From an uncultured delta proteobacterium (GTDB taxonomy: Bacteria > Desulfobacterota > Binatia > Binatales > Binataceae), in contig CAVQEQ010000001.1 in NCBI GenBank assembly GCA_963711565.1, positions 704,001 to 768,000 of the forward strand: a stretch of 64,000 nt of DNA. Reading direction: 5' to 3'. Shown here in pieces: positions 1 through 9,033 of the stretch. The position numbers and the translations under genes are program-made. The notes under the pieces were generated by a model. It was not told where the DNA came from. It made no database searches and was given only the letters and a program-made list of their open reading frames with translations. How positions within the stretch are numbered: the stretch's first letter is position 1; every line of letters begins with the position of its first letter.

Positions 1-2208
1 CGTATTGATGGTGGTCTTCAGTTCGAGGATCTCGCCCTTGACGTCAACCGAGATCTTCTTCGACAAGTCGCCGTTGGCGACTGCAGTGACGACCTTGACG
101 ATACCGCGGACCTGGTCGGTGAGGTTGCCGGCCAGCACGTTGACGTTGTCGGTGAGGTCCTTCCAGATACCTTCGACGCCCTGCACTTCGGCCTGGCCGC
201 CGAGTTTTCCGTCGGTGCCGACTTCGCGGGCGACGCGGGTAACTTCCGAGGCGAACGATCGCAGCTGATCCACCATCGTGTTGATGGTGTTCTTGAGCTG
301 GAGGATTTCGCCTTTTACATCGACGGAGATTTTCTTCGACAGGTCGCCGCGCGCAACCGCGGTGGTGACTTCCGCGATGTTGCGGACCTGAGCGGTCAGA
401 TTGTTGGCGAGCAGATTGACGTTGTCGGTCAGATCCTTCCAGGTGCCGGCGACGTTCGGCACTTCGGCCTGTGCGCCAAGTTTTCCTTCGACGCCGACCG
501 TTTTGGCGACGCTGGTAACCTGCTCGGCGAAGATCGCCAGCGTTTTGGTCATGCTGTTGAGCGTGTCCGCCAACGCCGCGATCTCGCCCTTGGCCGCGAC
601 TTCCAGTTTCGGCGAGAGGTCGCCGTTGGCGACCGCCGTGATGACTCGGACGATGCCGCGGACCTGAGTGGTGAGGTTGGACGCCATGAAATTGACATTG
701 TCGGTCAGGTCCTTCCATACGCCTGAGACGCCGCGGACTTCCGCTTGGCCGCCGAGTTTTCCTTCGGTGCCGACTTCGCGCGCGACGCGTGTTACTTCCG
801 ACGCGAACGAGTTGAGCTGATCGACCATCGTGTTCATGGTGTCTTTCAGCTCGAGGATTTCGCCCTTCGCATCGACCGTGATCTTCTTCGAGAGGTCGCC
901 TTTCGCGACCGAGGTCGTAACCTCCGCGATGTTCCGTACCTGCGCGGTAAGATTGTTCGCGAGCAGGTTGACGTTGTCGGTCAGGTCTTTCCAGGTGCCG
1001 GCGACGCCCGGGACTTCCGCCTGCGCGCCAAGTTTTCCTTCGACGCCGACGGTACGCGCAACGTCCGTAACCTGTTCAGCGAACAAGCCCAAGGTCGCGG
1101 TCATGCCGTTGATGGTGTCGGCGAGGGCCGCGATCTCGCCGCGCGCATCGACGATCAACTTTTGCGACAGGTCGCCGTTGGCGACCGCGGTCACGACTTT
1201 GACGATGCCGCGCACCTGGGTGGTCAGGTTCGACGCCATGAAATTCACGTTGTCGGTCAGGTCCTTCCAGACGCCCGACACGCCCTGTACGTCGGCCTGG
1301 CCGCCGAGTTTGCCCTCGGTGCCGACCTCGCGCGCGACACGGGTAACTTCGGCGGCGAACGATCGAAGCTGGTCCACCATCGTGTTCATGGTGTTCTTCA
1401 GTTCGAGGATTTCGCCCTTAACGTCAACCGTGATTTTTTGCGACAAGTCGCCGTTGGCAACCGCGGTCGTGACGGTCGCGATGTTGCGCACCTGGTCGGT
1501 CAGGTTGCGCGCGAGCACGTTGACGTTGTCGGTGAGATCCTTCCAGGTGCCCGATACGCCTTTGACCTGCGCCTGGCCGCCGAGCTTGCCGTCGGTGCCG
1601 ACTTCCTTGGCGACGCGAGTGACCTCATCGGCGAATGAACTAAGTTGATCGACCATCGCGTTGACGGTGGTGCCGATCCGCAGGAACTCGCCCTTCACCG
1701 GCTGCCCGTCTATTTCGAGGGCCATTTTCTGGCGCAAGTCGCCTTGCGCGACGGCGCCGATGACGCGGGCGACCTCAGTCGTCGGTTGGACGAGGCCGCC
1801 GATCAGCGAGTTGATCGAGCCTTCAATCTCCTGCCATCCGCCGACCGCGTCTTTCACGGCCGCGCGCTCGGTCATTCGCCCCTCGCGGCGAACCGCCTTC
1901 TCGACGCGGATTATCTCGCTGGTGATCGCTTCATTGCGTTCGAGGACGGCGTTGAACTTTATCGCGAGCTGGTCGAGCAGCTTATCCCGGTGCGAGATTG
2001 GCAGCCTGACCGAAAAATCACCGCGCCCGGCCGCTGTCAGAGCCTTGAGCAAACCCTTGAAGCGCCGCTCATCCGCCCTTTCGTTGACCGGGAGTTCGTG
2101 ATGTCCATTTCGCCGGGACTTGCTGCCATTGGCGCGTTGCTCGGCAAGAGGCTGATCAGTTTCGGGATCTGCGGATTTCTGATTGCGGATCGATTCAATG
2201 GATTCCAC
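1..2208 (-). CDS. Poly-HAMP sensor protein, probably a hybrid histidine kinase (N-terminal part; runs off the left edge)
   Basis: Missing from the ORF track. Open frame from GTG 2208 (AGGAG upstream) to position 1: [10 protein letters not shown]...[16 protein letters not shown], then ~92-aa (~276 bp) repeats such as [29 protein letters not shown]. Confidence 0.9.
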   Translation of the reverse strand, partial: MESIESIRNQKSADPETDQPLAEQRANGSKSRRNGHHELPVNERADERRFKGLLKALTAAGRGDFSVRLPISHRDKLLDQLAIKFNAVLERNEAITSEIIRVEKAVRREGRMTERAAVKDAVGGWQEIEGSINSLIGGLVQPTTEVARVIGAVAQGDLRQKMALEIDGQPVKGEFLRIGTTVNAMVDQLSSFADEVTRVAKEVGTDGKLGGQAQVKGVSGTWKDLTDNVNVLARNLTDQVRNIATVTTAVANGDLSQKITVDVKGEILELKNTMNTMVDQLRSFAAEVTRVAREVGTEGKLGGQADVQGVSGVWKDLTDNVNFMASNLTTQVRGIVKVVTAVANGDLSQKLIVDARGEIAALADTINGMTATLGLFAEQVTDVARTVGVEGKLGAQAEVPGVAGTWKDLTDNVNLLANNLTAQVRNIAEVTTSVAKGDLSKKITVDAKGEILELKDTMNTMVDQLNSFASEVTRVAREVGTEGKLGGQAEVRGVSGVWKDLTDNVNFMASNLTTQVRGIVRVITAVANGDLSPKLEVAAKGEIAALADTLNSMTKTLAIFAEQVTSVAKTVGVEGKLGAQAEVPNVAGTWKDLTDNVNLLANNLTAQVRNIAEVTTAVARGDLSKKISVDVKGEILQLKNTINTMVDQLRSFASEVTRVAREVGTDGKLGGQAEVQGVEGIWKDLTDNVNVLAGNLTDQVRGIVKVVTAVANGDLSKKISVDVKGEILELKTTINT

Positions 2209-2303
2209 TGGATGACGCTCCTGATCACCTCGTAAGATGGCCTGAACCCTCTCCAACCGTCGCCAGGAAAAATTTACACAAGTAGAAAGGTGGCACGTTG
2301 GAA

Positions 2304-2318
2304 GCAGAAAATGTGCCG
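2304..2318 (-). promoter_or_regulatory. sigma54 promoter for the poly-HAMP gene
   Basis: CGGCACATTTTCTGC, GG-N10-GC. Confidence 0.65.
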
Positions 2319-2520
2319 CTGGGGGAGCGCGACTGAACAAACCGCTTTGAAGCTGATAAATGCTCTAGAATTTACGCGCTCGACGGATCATTTTGATCGT
2401 CGGCAAGACTCGAAATTCCGAGGATCGTGAAAATTCTTCGGATAGATTTTTCACGGTTCATACCCCGCCTTAGTCTGCCGTCGGTAAAATCCGCAATATT
2501 CGTTCGGCCATCTCTAATGT

Positions 2521-2535
2521 CGGCCCACAGTTTGC
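2521..2535 (+). promoter_or_regulatory. sigma54 promoter for the M23 peptidase
   Basis: CGGCCCACAGTTTGC. Confidence 0.6.
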
Positions 2536-2545
2536 TATTTTCGGT

Positions 2546-3223
2546 GTGTTAGGTCGTATCTGGGTCTGCGCACTGTCTGTAGGTCTCTCGGCAGCAACCG
2601 GGACTTCGCCGCTGAATATCGGAGCACCGCTCGACACTTTGAAGCCGGCGGAACTGCACGATTCTTTCAACGAGGTTCACAACGGGCATCGTCACGAAGC
2701 GATCGACATAATGAGACCGCGCGGCACGCCAGTCCTCGCGGTCACTGATGGCGTCATTCGGAAGCTCTTCGTCAGCGTCCCGGGCGGCCTCACAATTTAC
2801 GAGTTCGATCGGACGGGAACCTACTGCTACTACTACGCGCATCTGGACCGCTATGCAGCGGGACTTCGCGAAGAGATGCCGGTCGCGCGTGGTGACGTGA
2901 TCGGATACGTGGGCACGACCGGGAACGCGGCGCCGGATGCACCTCAGCTCCACTTCGCGATCACCAGGCTTGGTCCCGACAAAAGTTGGTGGAGGGGCGA
3001 GCCGATCGATCCTTATCCAATTCTGATGCGCGTCGTGAACGGCAAGGACACCGACGCAGCTCTTCAAGACCGCGGATGTCCATACGGCTTCAAGACTTTT
3101 TCGAGAGCCGCCAGCGTTGCCCGATTTGCGGCGAGATGCCGCTCGAGCATCGTGCGCGTGGGGGGAGGAAGGTCCTTGCATAGAGCTTTGTCATACTCGT
3201 CGATAACGTCGAGGGCATCCTGA
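2546..3223 (+). CDS. M23 family metallopeptidase, secreted
   Basis: HEAID, YYYAHL and QLHF motifs; signal-peptide-like N-terminus; 3' end overlaps the opposite gene. Confidence 0.85.
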   Translation: MLGRIWVCALSVGLSAATGTSPLNIGAPLDTLKPAELHDSFNEVHNGHRHEAIDIMRPRGTPVLAVTDGVIRKLFVSVPGGLTIYEFDRTGTYCYYYAHLDRYAAGLREEMPVARGDVIGYVGTTGNAAPDAPQLHFAITRLGPDKSWWRGEPIDPYPILMRVVNGKDTDAALQDRGCPYGFKTFSRAASVARFAARCRSSIVRVGGGRSLHRALSYSSITSRAS

Positions 3224-3519
3224 CGACACCATTCGACGACGCCGGTGTCGCCCTTGCTCATGACCACGCTAAGGTCCATTGCGGCCCGATCGATGAATCC
3301 GCCGACGCTGCCCGATTCTCCCCCCGGCTGCTCGCTCTCGCCGCCCAACCGCTTGCGCTCGAGATTCAATTCATCCGCATCGCGCCGGCGCGCCGCTTCC
3401 TGTTGTTCGAAAAACTGCACGAGCTTTTCCTTGCCGACATCGGCCGCCGCCCGGCGATAACGTTCGGCGCTGTCCACGCAAATCTTGACGAGGTTATCGA
3501 GGAGTTTAAGATTTTTCAT
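3064..3519 (-). CDS. PA2169/DUF2383-like four-helix-bundle (ferritin-like) stress protein
   Basis: LDNLVKICVDSAERYRRAA...GESGSVGGFIDRA...DEYDKAL pattern. Confidence 0.75.
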   Translation of the reverse strand: MKNLKLLDNLVKICVDSAERYRRAAADVGKEKLVQFFEQQEAARRRDADELNLERKRLGGESEQPGGESGSVGGFIDRAAMDLSVVMSKGDTGVVEWCRQDALDVIDEYDKALCKDLPPPTRTMLERHLAANRATLAALEKVLKPYGHPRS

Positions 3520-3568
3520 GGCGCGAGCCTCCTTGTTGAGCATGTGACGCGTCGGCGATATTCAAGTC

Positions 3569-3583
3569 GCAAGAGGCGGGCCA
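3569..3583 (-). promoter_or_regulatory. sigma54 promoter for the PA2169-like gene
   Basis: TGGCCCGCCTCTTGC. Confidence 0.7.
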
Positions 3584-3607
3584 GAGGATTTTCAAGTGTT
3601 CGCGCAA

Positions 3608-3622
3608 TGGCCGCGGACTTGC
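3608..3622 (+). promoter_or_regulatory. sigma54 promoter for the metallothionein
   Basis: TGGCCGCGGACTTGC. Confidence 0.7.
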
Positions 3623-3670
3623 AGCTAACTCACCAAATCACGTCCCTTTGAATTGCATGAGGTGAGAGTC

Positions 3671-3832
3671 ATGAAATGCCTGCACGATGCTTGTTCCTGC
3701 CAAGTCAACGCGGGGCAGCAATACTGTTCGAATGAGTGCCAATCCAACGAACGCGACGAGGGCGGAACGGACTGCCACTGCGGCCACAAGGATTGTCGTG
3801 CCTCACAGTCTTCGCATCGCGACAGCACCTAG
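3671..3832 (+). CDS. Bacterial metallothionein-like protein (53 aa)
   Basis: Missing from the ORF track. MKCLHDACSCQVNAGQQYCSNECQSNERDEGGTDCHCGHKDCRASQSSHRDST; 8 Cys, 4 His, YCSxxC motif; GAGGTG RBS. Confidence 0.85.
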   Translation: MKCLHDACSCQVNAGQQYCSNECQSNERDEGGTDCHCGHKDCRASQSSHRDST

Positions 3833-3905
3833 TAGAGCTGTGTAATTCTTACTTAGATCCTCGGCAGCTACTGCTGGAAGTCCGGCAGTTCCGCCTGCCC
3901 GGTGT

Positions 3906-3920
3906 TGGCACGTGCAATGC
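3906..3920 (+). promoter_or_regulatory. sigma54 promoter
   Basis: TGGCACGTGCAATGC upstream of the lipoprotein at 3968. Confidence 0.75.
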
Positions 3921-3967
3921 TCAATCCTTGCCCTGCCTGCCAACACCGACGGAGGCTCGGACCTGAT

Positions 3968-4321
3968 ATGGAATACTTACAAATGATCCTGGTACTCGGC
4001 ACGCTATTTTTGTTTGCGATCGTCGGTTGTCAGACGCCGGTTCAGCCGATCGTGAGCCACAAACTGGTAGTGACGGGAAATCAGCACGCGGTTCCTTTGT
4101 ATCCCGATGAACAGACTTACTTGCATACTTCGCGTGAAAAACAGGAAGGCGGAGTCGTGGGCGTTGTCGGTGACGTGAAGCAAAACCTTACCGCGAAGCA
4201 AATCGACGACCAAACACCGGTTGAAGTCGTGACCAGCGATGACAACGGCGCGGTGATCACGGTGACCGACGGACCGATGAAAGGGGCGACGGGATTCGTC
4301 GCGAAACAGAACGTCAACTAA
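3968..4321 (+). CDS. Hypothetical lipoprotein
   Basis: Hydrophobic signal with lipobox IVGC; GGAGG upstream. Confidence 0.75.
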   Translation: MEYLQMILVLGTLFLFAIVGCQTPVQPIVSHKLVVTGNQHAVPLYPDEQTYLHTSREKQEGGVVGVVGDVKQNLTAKQIDDQTPVEVVTSDDNGAVITVTDGPMKGATGFVAKQNVN

Positions 4322-4406
4322 GGCAGCGAGCGCGACCCTGAAAGATTTACCCGGACTGCAAGCTGATTTTGTGCGCCTGGCTATGGGGAAATTCCTAGAT
4401 AGCATC

Positions 4407-4421
4407 TGGCCGGCTTCTTGC
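4407..4421 (+). promoter_or_regulatory. sigma54 promoter
   Basis: TGGCCGGCTTCTTGC upstream of 4460. Confidence 0.7.
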
Positions 4422-4459
4422 TGTTGTAAGGGCAAGTTCCCGATGGAGGGTTCAATCAC

Positions 4460-4699
4460 ATGCGTTTCATCAGTCGTATCGTAATATTCCCAGCAGCCGT
4501 AGTCGCGTGCGGGATCGCCACCGGATGTTTCTCTTACCACAAAACCGTGGATGAGACTCCGGCCCCCGTAGTTGAAACCGCTCCAGAGACCACGGTGGTC
4601 CCGGTACCCGCGACCTCGAGCTCGACTACAACCACAACGAGCGACAGCAACGGAGTAGTGGAGCGGCAAAAGACTTCGACTTACACCGCACCATACTAG
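4460..4699 (+). CDS. Small Thr-rich lipoprotein
   Basis: Lipobox ATGC; Thr/Pro/Val low-complexity body; GGAGG RBS. Confidence 0.75.
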   Translation: MRFISRIVIFPAAVVACGIATGCFSYHKTVDETPAPVVETAPETTVVPVPATSSSTTTTTSDSNGVVERQKTSTYTAPY

Positions 4700-4791
4700 A
4701 ATCAGCGACATGGATTTCAGCGAGGCGCGTGTGAGTTGTAAGGCTCACGCGCGCAATCGCTGCGATCCGGTGAATTAGAGAGCAATTCGTC

Positions 4792-5049
4792 ATGAAACAA
4801 CCTTTCATTGCAGCTATAGGTCTCAGCGCGATCCTTTGCGCATGCGTGACGCTTGAGTCCTGCGCCGATACAAGCAGTCAGACCACTTACACCACCACCG
4901 CTCCGGGCGAACCGCCGGCGGAAACCACCACCACAACGACGACCACCGAACAGCCTGACAGCGTCGTTGGATCCACAGCGAACGCGGCCGGAACGATAAT
5001 CGCGGCGCCATTCCGGATTGTCGGCGATGCTCTAGGCGTCATCTTCTAG
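4792..5049 (+). CDS. Small Thr-rich lipoprotein
   Basis: Lipobox-like LESC; poly-Thr tract; C-terminal IIAAPFRIVG helix. Confidence 0.7.
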   Translation: MKQPFIAAIGLSAILCACVTLESCADTSSQTTYTTTAPGEPPAETTTTTTTTEQPDSVVGSTANAAGTIIAAPFRIVGDALGVIF

Positions 5050-5361
5050 CCGCTCTGAACGCGGGGGCATCGAGGTACCAGGTTGGGCCTCTCGATGGCA
5101 CGCGATGTCATGACGAGGATAGGAGGGCGGATCCGCGCCGAAAATCGCGCCTCGCATGGAGCGGCCTTTATTTTGAATTTTCCCGTCGCTGGCTAGCCCT
5201 ATCATCGTCCGGTACGGTACTTCTTATATACTTCGCGATTTTTCCACGAACATTTATCGAAAACTCCTCGCGAAAGCCTGTGAATCCTAGGTCCTTTTCG
5301 ACAGGGATCTAGTACATCTCTTGCTTTATCCTGCGTCGGAACAAGTCGCCGAGGTGGGGCT

Positions 5362-6390
5362 ATGGCAGCGGCAGCACCAGTATCGAAATCGACTTCCGCC
5401 AACGAGGAGCGGTGTGAGGCCTATACGGCCGATCCGGGACAAGATGGGACAGGTGGTTTCGAACCTCCGATAGGTCTGAAGGCAGGCGAGTTGGTCGAGG
5501 TACGGAGCGCAGCCGACATTATGTCGACCCTCGACGCCGAGGGGAAGCTGGATGGCCTGCCGTTCATGCCCGAGATGCTGGCATTCTGCGGACGACGCTT
5601 TCGTGTGTCCAGCCGAGCCGATAACACTTGCGCGCTGGGCCAGCCTCGACGAATCGACGCGACGGTCCATCTTGAGCAGCTAAGATGCGACGGCTCGTCG
5701 CATCGCGGTTGTGAGGCGGGTTGTCTATTGCTTTGGAAAGAGGCCTGGCTTCGCCCTAAGACTAATGGAGTAGACGGCCTATCGCTAACGACGGCCAGCG
5801 TCGATTCAAGCAATGCCTATCGCCGTCTAAGCGATTACGCGCGCCAGCCGGATGACACCCTGAGGTGTCAGGCGACGGAGCTAAATTCCGCGACCTGTCC
5901 GGCATCAATTGGCAGTCCCCCGATTTACTTCGGCAAGATCGTGAGAGACTGCGTTTCGAGAAGGAGAGGTTTAGACGACCTGCGCAAGCTTGTCTTTTAC
6001 TTCTGGGGCAAGGCGATTTTATCCGTATTCATGCTATGGACGCGCGCTCCTTGGCATTCCGATCGATTCAGGAAGACGCCGGCGACGCCGCTTGGTTTGC
6101 AGCCGGGCGAAGTAGTTCGCGTTCGCGGGATGCTGGAAATTTTGCGGACGCTGGATCGCAAGGGCTGTAATCGCGGTATGGAGTTCAAGCCCGAGATGTT
6201 CCAGTTCTGCGGCCGCAAGTATCAGGTGATCTCGAATATGCAGAGGCGAATCGACGAGCGAACCGGCGAGCTAAAGGGTTTTAAGAGCCCATGCATCGTG
6301 CTGCAGTCTGTGCATTGCGACGGTCAGCGTTCGTTCTGCCGGCGTTCAAACTATCACTACTGGCGCGAAATCTGGCTGAGCCGGCAGTAG
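5362..6390 (+). CDS. Conserved hypothetical protein with two tandem Cys-rich domains
   Basis: Internal duplication L..GE.V.VR....I..TLD..G...G..F.PEM..FCGR...V ... CDG ... C ... W.E.WL. Confidence 0.8.
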   Translation: MAAAAPVSKSTSANEERCEAYTADPGQDGTGGFEPPIGLKAGELVEVRSAADIMSTLDAEGKLDGLPFMPEMLAFCGRRFRVSSRADNTCALGQPRRIDATVHLEQLRCDGSSHRGCEAGCLLLWKEAWLRPKTNGVDGLSLTTASVDSSNAYRRLSDYARQPDDTLRCQATELNSATCPASIGSPPIYFGKIVRDCVSRRRGLDDLRKLVFYFWGKAILSVFMLWTRAPWHSDRFRKTPATPLGLQPGEVVRVRGMLEILRTLDRKGCNRGMEFKPEMFQFCGRKYQVISNMQRRIDERTGELKGFKSPCIVLQSVHCDGQRSFCRRSNYHYWREIWLSRQ

Positions 6391-6412
6391 CCACCGACTG
6401 AAGGGAAGATCG

Positions 6413-7336
6413 ATGCAGGCATCTGACATAGCGCATTTCTTCAGCCGCGTAGGTTATAGGGTGATCGCGACTGAGAGCTGTTACTGGTACAATCCGCAAC
6501 CTTTCCAGTTTAAGAGCCTGCCGGTGCATCGATTCGTCGCTCCTTCCGCGGTCGAGCTCGCGCAAGTCATGATCCAGGGCCCTGCGTTTGCGCTGCGTTA
6601 TCCGACAACACCGGATAACACCGGTCCGCGAGGCGGAATGTACGTTTGTTCCAACCGCCACTACGCCATCGACGCGCTGTCGTCGCAGAACGCTCGCAGC
6701 AAGACTCGCAGAGGGTTGGCGCGCTGTCATATCGAACAAATTGAATTTCCGTACCTGGCACGGCATGGCTATTCCTTGACTGCGGAAACCACTTTGCGCC
6801 AGATGGGCAGAATGCCGAGCACCACCGAGGCGGAGTGGCAAAGGTTCTGCGACAACGCGACGCGCTCGAAGGATTTCGAGGCCTGGGGCGCTTTCGTCGA
6901 GGATCGATTGGCAACTTTCATTGTCGGGATGCTGGTCGAGGACTGTTATTACATACACTTACAGAAGAGTGCTTCCGATTTACTTAAGTACTATCCCAAC
7001 AATGCTTTGCTGTTCACCGTGATTAAGACCAAGATGGCGTGTCCTCAAGTCGCCTACATCTCGCACGGCCCGAAAGCACTCGCGGTAGGAAAAGGTCTGC
7101 ACTACTTCAAAACCAGCATGGGTTTTGAGCTGCAGCCTTTCACGGATCACGTGGTCTTCAATCCATTGGTGAAGCCTCTCCTGATGTGGAAGGGCGACAC
7201 GGTGGTCAAGAAGCTTATGGAGCGCTACCCGGATAACCTTTTCTGGCAGAGGGCGTCACGAGCACTGCGCGTCGCCAGAGGCGAAGAGCCGCGCGGCGAG
7301 GAGATTGCAGTCAAAATGAGCGAGTCGTCAGAGTGA
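6413..7336 (+). CDS. GNAT/FemAB-like acyltransferase-fold protein
   Basis: ARSKTRRGL, YYPNNALLF and GLHYFKTSMGF motifs. Confidence 0.65.
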   Translation: MQASDIAHFFSRVGYRVIATESCYWYNPQPFQFKSLPVHRFVAPSAVELAQVMIQGPAFALRYPTTPDNTGPRGGMYVCSNRHYAIDALSSQNARSKTRRGLARCHIEQIEFPYLARHGYSLTAETTLRQMGRMPSTTEAEWQRFCDNATRSKDFEAWGAFVEDRLATFIVGMLVEDCYYIHLQKSASDLLKYYPNNALLFTVIKTKMACPQVAYISHGPKALAVGKGLHYFKTSMGFELQPFTDHVVFNPLVKPLLMWKGDTVVKKLMERYPDNLFWQRASRALRVARGEEPRGEEIAVKMSESSE

Positions 7337-8653
7337 CGTATTGTAGTAGTGCACTGCCTGGGCCATCCCGCCGGCGAGTCTGCTGCGAAGGTAGTGCATG
7401 AAGTCTGAAGTGAATACGTACTTCGTGCGCAGGTAGACGCCGCCGTTGTTCATCGAGAAGACTATGCGGTGTAGCTTCCAATTGCGAAAATTTCTGTGAA
7501 GTTGGAATCGAGCGGAAACTCCCAAAGTCTGGATCCCGAAAGGGAACTGGAACCCAAACCATAGCGGTTGAGAATTGATTGACAGGTCCGGAGTCGTCGA
7601 GCGAGGCAGCTCCTCGATAGTGCCGTTTGCCAGCGAAAACACTATGGTCTTGTCCAGATCGGGAATGTTGATCGTAACTTGACGCAATAGCATCAACAAG
7701 GCTCGGGAATAGCGCTCGCGTATCTGCTCCGCCATAGCCACATACGCATCGGAGATCTCGTTGAGCGGCCTTGTCTCGATCGGATCGTAGGGTAGCGCGT
7801 CCCAAGCGGTCAGTGCTTCGTACCGCCGCAATGCCTGGGAAGAGTCATGTCGCGAGCCGACTTCGTAACTGTCACCGGGAAAGAGAACCGCCGCGTTCAG
7901 ATTTCGCTCGATGAGGTAGTTATAGGCGTCCTTCGCGGTATTGGCGAATCGATTGACGTACTTGTTGTCCTCACTCAAGAAGTAGATGAAGCTGGCGAAC
8001 GGGATCGTGACCTTTGCATCGAGAGCGCAATGCACCTCCGACATATTATGCAGAATCTGTTTCGCGCGCTCGGAGAGAAAGCGCTCAGGAGGATCGAAGC
8101 CGGCGTAACCAGCTAGTGAGAATTGGTTCAAAAGTACGTCGACGTGTCGCAAATCTTTGGCAATGAGCCCGCATTCGGCGGTACTTATGCGGACGTCGTT
8201 GGCATTCAGCACCACCTGTCCGTCGTTCAATACCGCCAGCGCCGAATCCATCAGGCCTGCATGGTAGCAATATACTGTTGTGCCCGCGGCGTCGGATGAA
8301 TCATCAGAGAGTCTAACGATTTTGCGATGGGGCAGAAGGCGAAAACGTTGATAGCCGAGCTTTTTGAAAGCCGAGACCATCTTTTCTGAGTCACGAGTTT
8401 GGAAAAGTATGACGACCCGTTCCTTGAAGGAATCTGGAAATGAACCCAGCGTCGGAAAATGGCAGTGATCCGGATGCTCGTGGGAAATCCAGAGGTAGCC
8501 GATACGATCGAGCAGCGCGGAGTCGAATACGGGCGCTGGGTGTAGAGTCCACGAATTGTTGAAAATTTTCCCTGAGAACCATGGATCCATCAGAATGGAA
8601 GTGTCGGAACACTCGACGACTATGCACGCGTGGCCCACGAAGCGAATGTTCAT
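7328..8653 (-). CDS. MBL-fold metallo-hydrolase (UlaG/CMAH-like)
   Basis: GHAC..., DPWFSG, ISHEHPDHCH, LNAND and IPFASF motifs. Confidence 0.85.
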   Translation of the reverse strand: MNIRFVGHACIVVECSDTSILMDPWFSGKIFNNSWTLHPAPVFDSALLDRIGYLWISHEHPDHCHFPTLGSFPDSFKERVVILFQTRDSEKMVSAFKKLGYQRFRLLPHRKIVRLSDDSSDAAGTTVYCYHAGLMDSALAVLNDGQVVLNANDVRISTAECGLIAKDLRHVDVLLNQFSLAGYAGFDPPERFLSERAKQILHNMSEVHCALDAKVTIPFASFIYFLSEDNKYVNRFANTAKDAYNYLIERNLNAAVLFPGDSYEVGSRHDSSQALRRYEALTAWDALPYDPIETRPLNEISDAYVAMAEQIRERYSRALLMLLRQVTINIPDLDKTIVFSLANGTIEELPRSTTPDLSINSQPLWFGFQFPFGIQTLGVSARFQLHRNFRNWKLHRIVFSMNNGGVYLRTKYVFTSDFMHYLRSRLAGGMAQAVHYYNTSL

Positions 8654-8837
8654 CTGGTAGAGCCCTTCATGACCATAAAGTGCGATTCGCCGAGTACTTT
8701 ACCTAGGTTAGAGGAGGCTCCGGGCGGGCGCGCGGCAACTGGCCTGTCGTCGTGGTGGGGAGAAAACCGGTCAGTGGCGCCCACCGGAGCCCCAAGTCCG
8801 AAATCTTTAGGTATTCGTCATTAAGGGTGTAATCCGT

Positions 8838-8852
8838 GCAGATCGCGTGCCG
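8838..8852 (-). promoter_or_regulatory. sigma54 promoter for the MBL gene
   Basis: CGGCACGCGATCTGC. Confidence 0.65.
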
Positions 8853-9002
8853 AGTTTTTGCGATGTTCTTCCGCACCAGTTCGTGAGTTCCGATCTATTG
8901 GTTCTGTAGTTCGGAAAAATTTTCCTTCCGCACTGGACTGAGAGTTCTTGCGGGATCACGCGTCCGCAGTACTCGCGTTGAACATAAATGCGTTCGCCCA
9001 TG

Positions 9003-9017
9003 TGGCATTCGGGTTGC
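9003..9017 (+). promoter_or_regulatory. sigma54 promoter for the wzy-like operon
   Basis: TGGCATTCGGGTTGC. Confidence 0.75.
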
Positions 9018-9033
9018 TTTCGAGTCCAGCAAC

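Noticed and set aside
1-1650. ~276-bp periodic repeats as a possible CRISPR array or satellite
   Set aside because: In-frame protein repeats with synonymous divergence; no spacers and no cas genes
5-2235. Long + strand ORFs over the HAMP region
   Set aside because: Antisense shadows of the repetitive minus-strand poly-HAMP gene
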